This document shows, in pieces, positions 61,021 through 64,000 of a DNA stretch of 64,000 bases (its first letter is position 1; each line of letters opens with the position of its first letter). The translations under genes and the position numbers were made by a program. A model generated the notes under the pieces. It searched no databases. It was not told where the DNA came from and was given only the letters and a program-made list of their open reading frames with translations. This DNA comes from Hydrolagus colliei (lineage: Eukaryota), in assembly GCA_035084275.1 (NCBI GenBank), contig CM068745.1, positions 56,110,001 through 56,174,000 of the forward strand, written 5' to 3'.

Positions 61021-61949
61021 TGTTGGAAACTGATGGGTATGGTTAAAACGTATGGGCACCATAAATTGAACCAGTTTATGACCCTTGATTTGGGGAATAT
61101 GAGTTAAGGGCCATCTGGAGACGAGGAAAAGCTTTGAAGCTAGGATTGGGAGAATGGAATGCGTAACTAACGTTTTCGAATGTAAATGAACAATTCTTGT
61201 AGGGACAGCAGAGTAATGTAAACAAGACTCCCTCCTGTCCCAGGTTGGACAGGACAAAAAAAGGGACGAATGATGGGACCACAAATCTTGGTTCCAGCCA
61301 GGAAGAATGTCAGCTAAGGAGGTTAGCATAAACAGAGTGTTCTTCTCTTGATTCTTCTCTTCCTTATCTAAGATAAGGAAGAGAAGAATCCTTATCTAAT
61401 CCTTATCTAATCCTTCCTTATCTAATCTAAGATAAGGAAGGTACTATGTTTACATTTCTCTGCAACTCCCATTAATATCATTAGACAAGACAAAGAAGAT
61501 GTTAGAACATCAGAGATGAGGGTAAGGTTTGGACTGATCAAGGGTCAGGAGGATTTCTGGGTATAAAGATAGGAGAGAAAGAGTGGCTCATTACAACAGT
61601 TGGAGAGTGTCTCAGGGAAAATCGAGATATCCAGCCTGCCACTGTTGTCCAGAACAACTGGAACGGGTCATGGTTCCAGTTGTTTTGTTTTACAGGCAGG
61701 GTTAGATCAATTAGACCTGCAGGATCGTCCAGGTAAGGCATGAGTTTAGCAGCAGACAGAAAGAACGCCATCTTGAGACCAACCGACGTTCGATTCAGCT
61801 GAATCCTGTTTTAACCGGTAATATACCTCTGTATTTTAACCAGTCTGTATTTCACACTGTGTGAGTTTATATATATATATTAAAAACCATACCTTTCATT
61901 AAGGATTGTTGGGTCATCATTCGAACTCTCGGAATCGGAAATCTCAACA
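61021..61949 (+). mobile_element. Solo LTR (929 bp) with 4-bp TSD GCCA
   Basis: Begins TGTTG and ends CAACA; GCCA at 61017-61020 and 61950-61953; TATAAA at 61562; ATTAAA near 61879; splits a SINE tail. Confidence 0.85.
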
Positions 61950-62270
61950 GCCATATCACATCTTCAAGACGTCTCAATGGGCTTCACTGAATATATTGTG
62001 AAGTGAATTAACTGTATTTTACAGGCAAAATGTTGCAGTCAATTGTGCACAGCACTGTATCACAAACAGTCATGGATTGAGTTACCAAATTATTACTATT
62101 TTCTTTTGAAAAGCAATCCACCAATTAACTAACATGGGTTCCTACTTACTAGTGGGTAAACAGAGGCTGTAGAGCAACAAAACATCCCCAACATTTCACT
62201 CTGCTGGAAAACCAAATCCAAGTTTCTCATTTGTGAGGCGAATGCTTTAACCACTGAGCTATAGGACTCC
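61950..62270 (-). mobile_element. tRNA-SINE whose tail continues at ~60995-61020 across the LTR
   Basis: Head aaccactgagctataggactcc; the tail gcgtttgatgtagcgcca|tatcacatcttc reconstitutes when the LTR is removed. Confidence 0.85.
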
Positions 62271-63569
62271 ATGTAGTGCTGCCATTTTCAGACATAATAA
62301 TAACAACAACAACAACTTGGATTTATATAGTGCCCTAAATAATAATAGTAAATATGCCATCCAGAAATCTCAAAGTGCTTCACAGGAAGAACTGCAGTAC
62401 ACATCAATGTTGCACAAACAGCTGTGAAGTGAATGATTAATTGGGGGATACAATTATCTACCTGGTCAGTCAACCCAATTCTGTAGTACAACTCTCCCAA
62501 AAAGTACATCTAAATGATACTTCGGAAATTATTTTAAATTATTGACTGTGCAGACCCACAAGTTATTCTTATCGCTGACTTGGGATCACATTTCCAGACT
62601 GCTTTTGTTGTCTGTCAGTTGAATGCCAAGCTCAGAAACAAAATGTCAATCAAATAAAGAAAGATATTGCATTACATGAGGCTTCAGAAGGCTTCTTCTT
62701 TGTCAACACTGTAAACTTTATGGTTTCAGGTTGTAAGCTTAATTGGAAAAGGATTTGTTCTTAATTTCAAATGCCACCTACATGACATCTGTGAATCGTA
62801 CCAGCTCACACCTATTAAATGACACTTTCTTTTCTGCAATGATTGCACATCATAATTAATATATATGATTTACTTCTCAATTGCTGCTGCTGATAGCAGT
62901 CAAATCGCTGTATTGTTTGAGTGTTGATATCAGTTTAGTAAATGTACTGCTTTAAAAACAGCAGAAACAACCCCTTTTCACAGGTTATGAGCTATGACTA
63001 CATTACACTGCTTTCATAATAAAATGTGAAGAAAATTCATCGCTAATAATTTACATTAGAATACCGGTAGTTCAAGGTTCATTTATGCACCATAAAACAG
63101 GTCTTGCTTCTGCAGTGAAGCATGCAACCTATGTAAAAAATAAGAAATAAGAAATTACTGCAGAAAGGTTGATTGGTAAAGAACACTCACTCTGCATAGG
63201 TGCCACTTGCAATTACACAATTTTTAAAACAATACGTGTCTTTGCACTGCTCAGGTGCTGTCAATGTGCACTTCATGAATATTGTGATGAGATGTAAATA
63301 GCAAAAATGAGAACGCAAGCAAACTTTTCTTTTGTGGGAACTCCGGGGGGTTTCATTTATACTACACAATCTGGCCACAGCATTCGAAAATTCACTTGAG
63401 AGTTGGGATTTTTTTTTAAAAAGAGCAAAAAAAAACCAGCTCACCAGGCACTATCACAACTGTCGTTCTATAAAATTGAAGTTATATTAAAGCTACCTAC
63501 AGAACTTTGGAAATTATTCATCTATTTGCACCTTGTTTACTTATTAACTTCTCTTCCGTTTTCTATATT

Positions 63570-63722
63570 CCCCTGACAATGCAACACCGCTCCTCCACCC
63601 CAACCCCACCCCCTGCTGTATTGGATGTCATCTTGGATGATTCCCACTCTTGACTTGGGCTTGATCTCACATCACAACCTTTCCACTCAGAGGTCAGAGT
63701 ACTACCAACTAAGACAGGCTGA
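63570..63722 (-). mobile_element. Deu-SINE head fragment
   Basis: cacaacctttccactcagaggtcagagtactaccaactaagacaggct is the reverse complement of a tRNA-like head. Confidence 0.6.
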
Positions 63723-64000
63723 TATACATAAGTAATGACACACACAAAAAAAATGCTAACTATAGTTAAGAGACATCATAATTTTAATCCCAATATTTTG
63801 TCAGAGAATATCACAAAACATGTTTGCTTCAGACATCTTTACAATGCTGGCCACCTATGTTTTTAAATTGAGGCAAAGGCATAAATTGAAATATCTCAAA
63901 CCGTACAGTAGTGCTGTACATGTGATTGGAAAGCAGATTGCAGAAAACATGATATTTGTAATATAAACATGGGATGTTTTTGGTAGTGGGATAGCTCTAT

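Noticed and set aside
1-64000. CRISPR arrays, operons or prokaryotic defence systems
   Set aside because: Eukaryotic intron-containing locus. The recurring short motifs are dispersed LINE/SINE tails, not regularly spaced repeats.

Overview
Vertebrate genomic DNA, most likely a cartilaginous fish. This is inferred from the repeat mix: young CR1 and L2 LINEs, Deu-domain SINEs and a tRNA-headed SINE with an L2-type tail. The only host gene I can support is protocadherin-20 (PCDH20) on the + strand. It has a short coding exon 1 (49127-49159), an intron containing an assembly gap (N 49340-49713) and one large GC-rich exon (50115-52754), giving about 890 aa. The rest looks like gene desert filled with mobile DNA: four young CR1 copies, one long young L2 plus many L2 fragments, SINEs, an internally deleted Tigger/pogo element, two related MITEs, a Gypsy RT fragment and a solo LTR inserted in a SINE. 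I found no convincing new multi-gene system. The most interesting signals are a probable CR1-into-CR1 chimera under one target-site duplication (TSD), a solo LTR carrying a palindrome-built GATA cluster, a donor-like GTAAGT overlapping the PCDH20 stop codon, a SINE-head/L2-tail fusion and several template-switch footprints. Repeat boundaries and mismatch counts are hand-read and approximate. Family names come from recalled consensus sequences, not from database searches.
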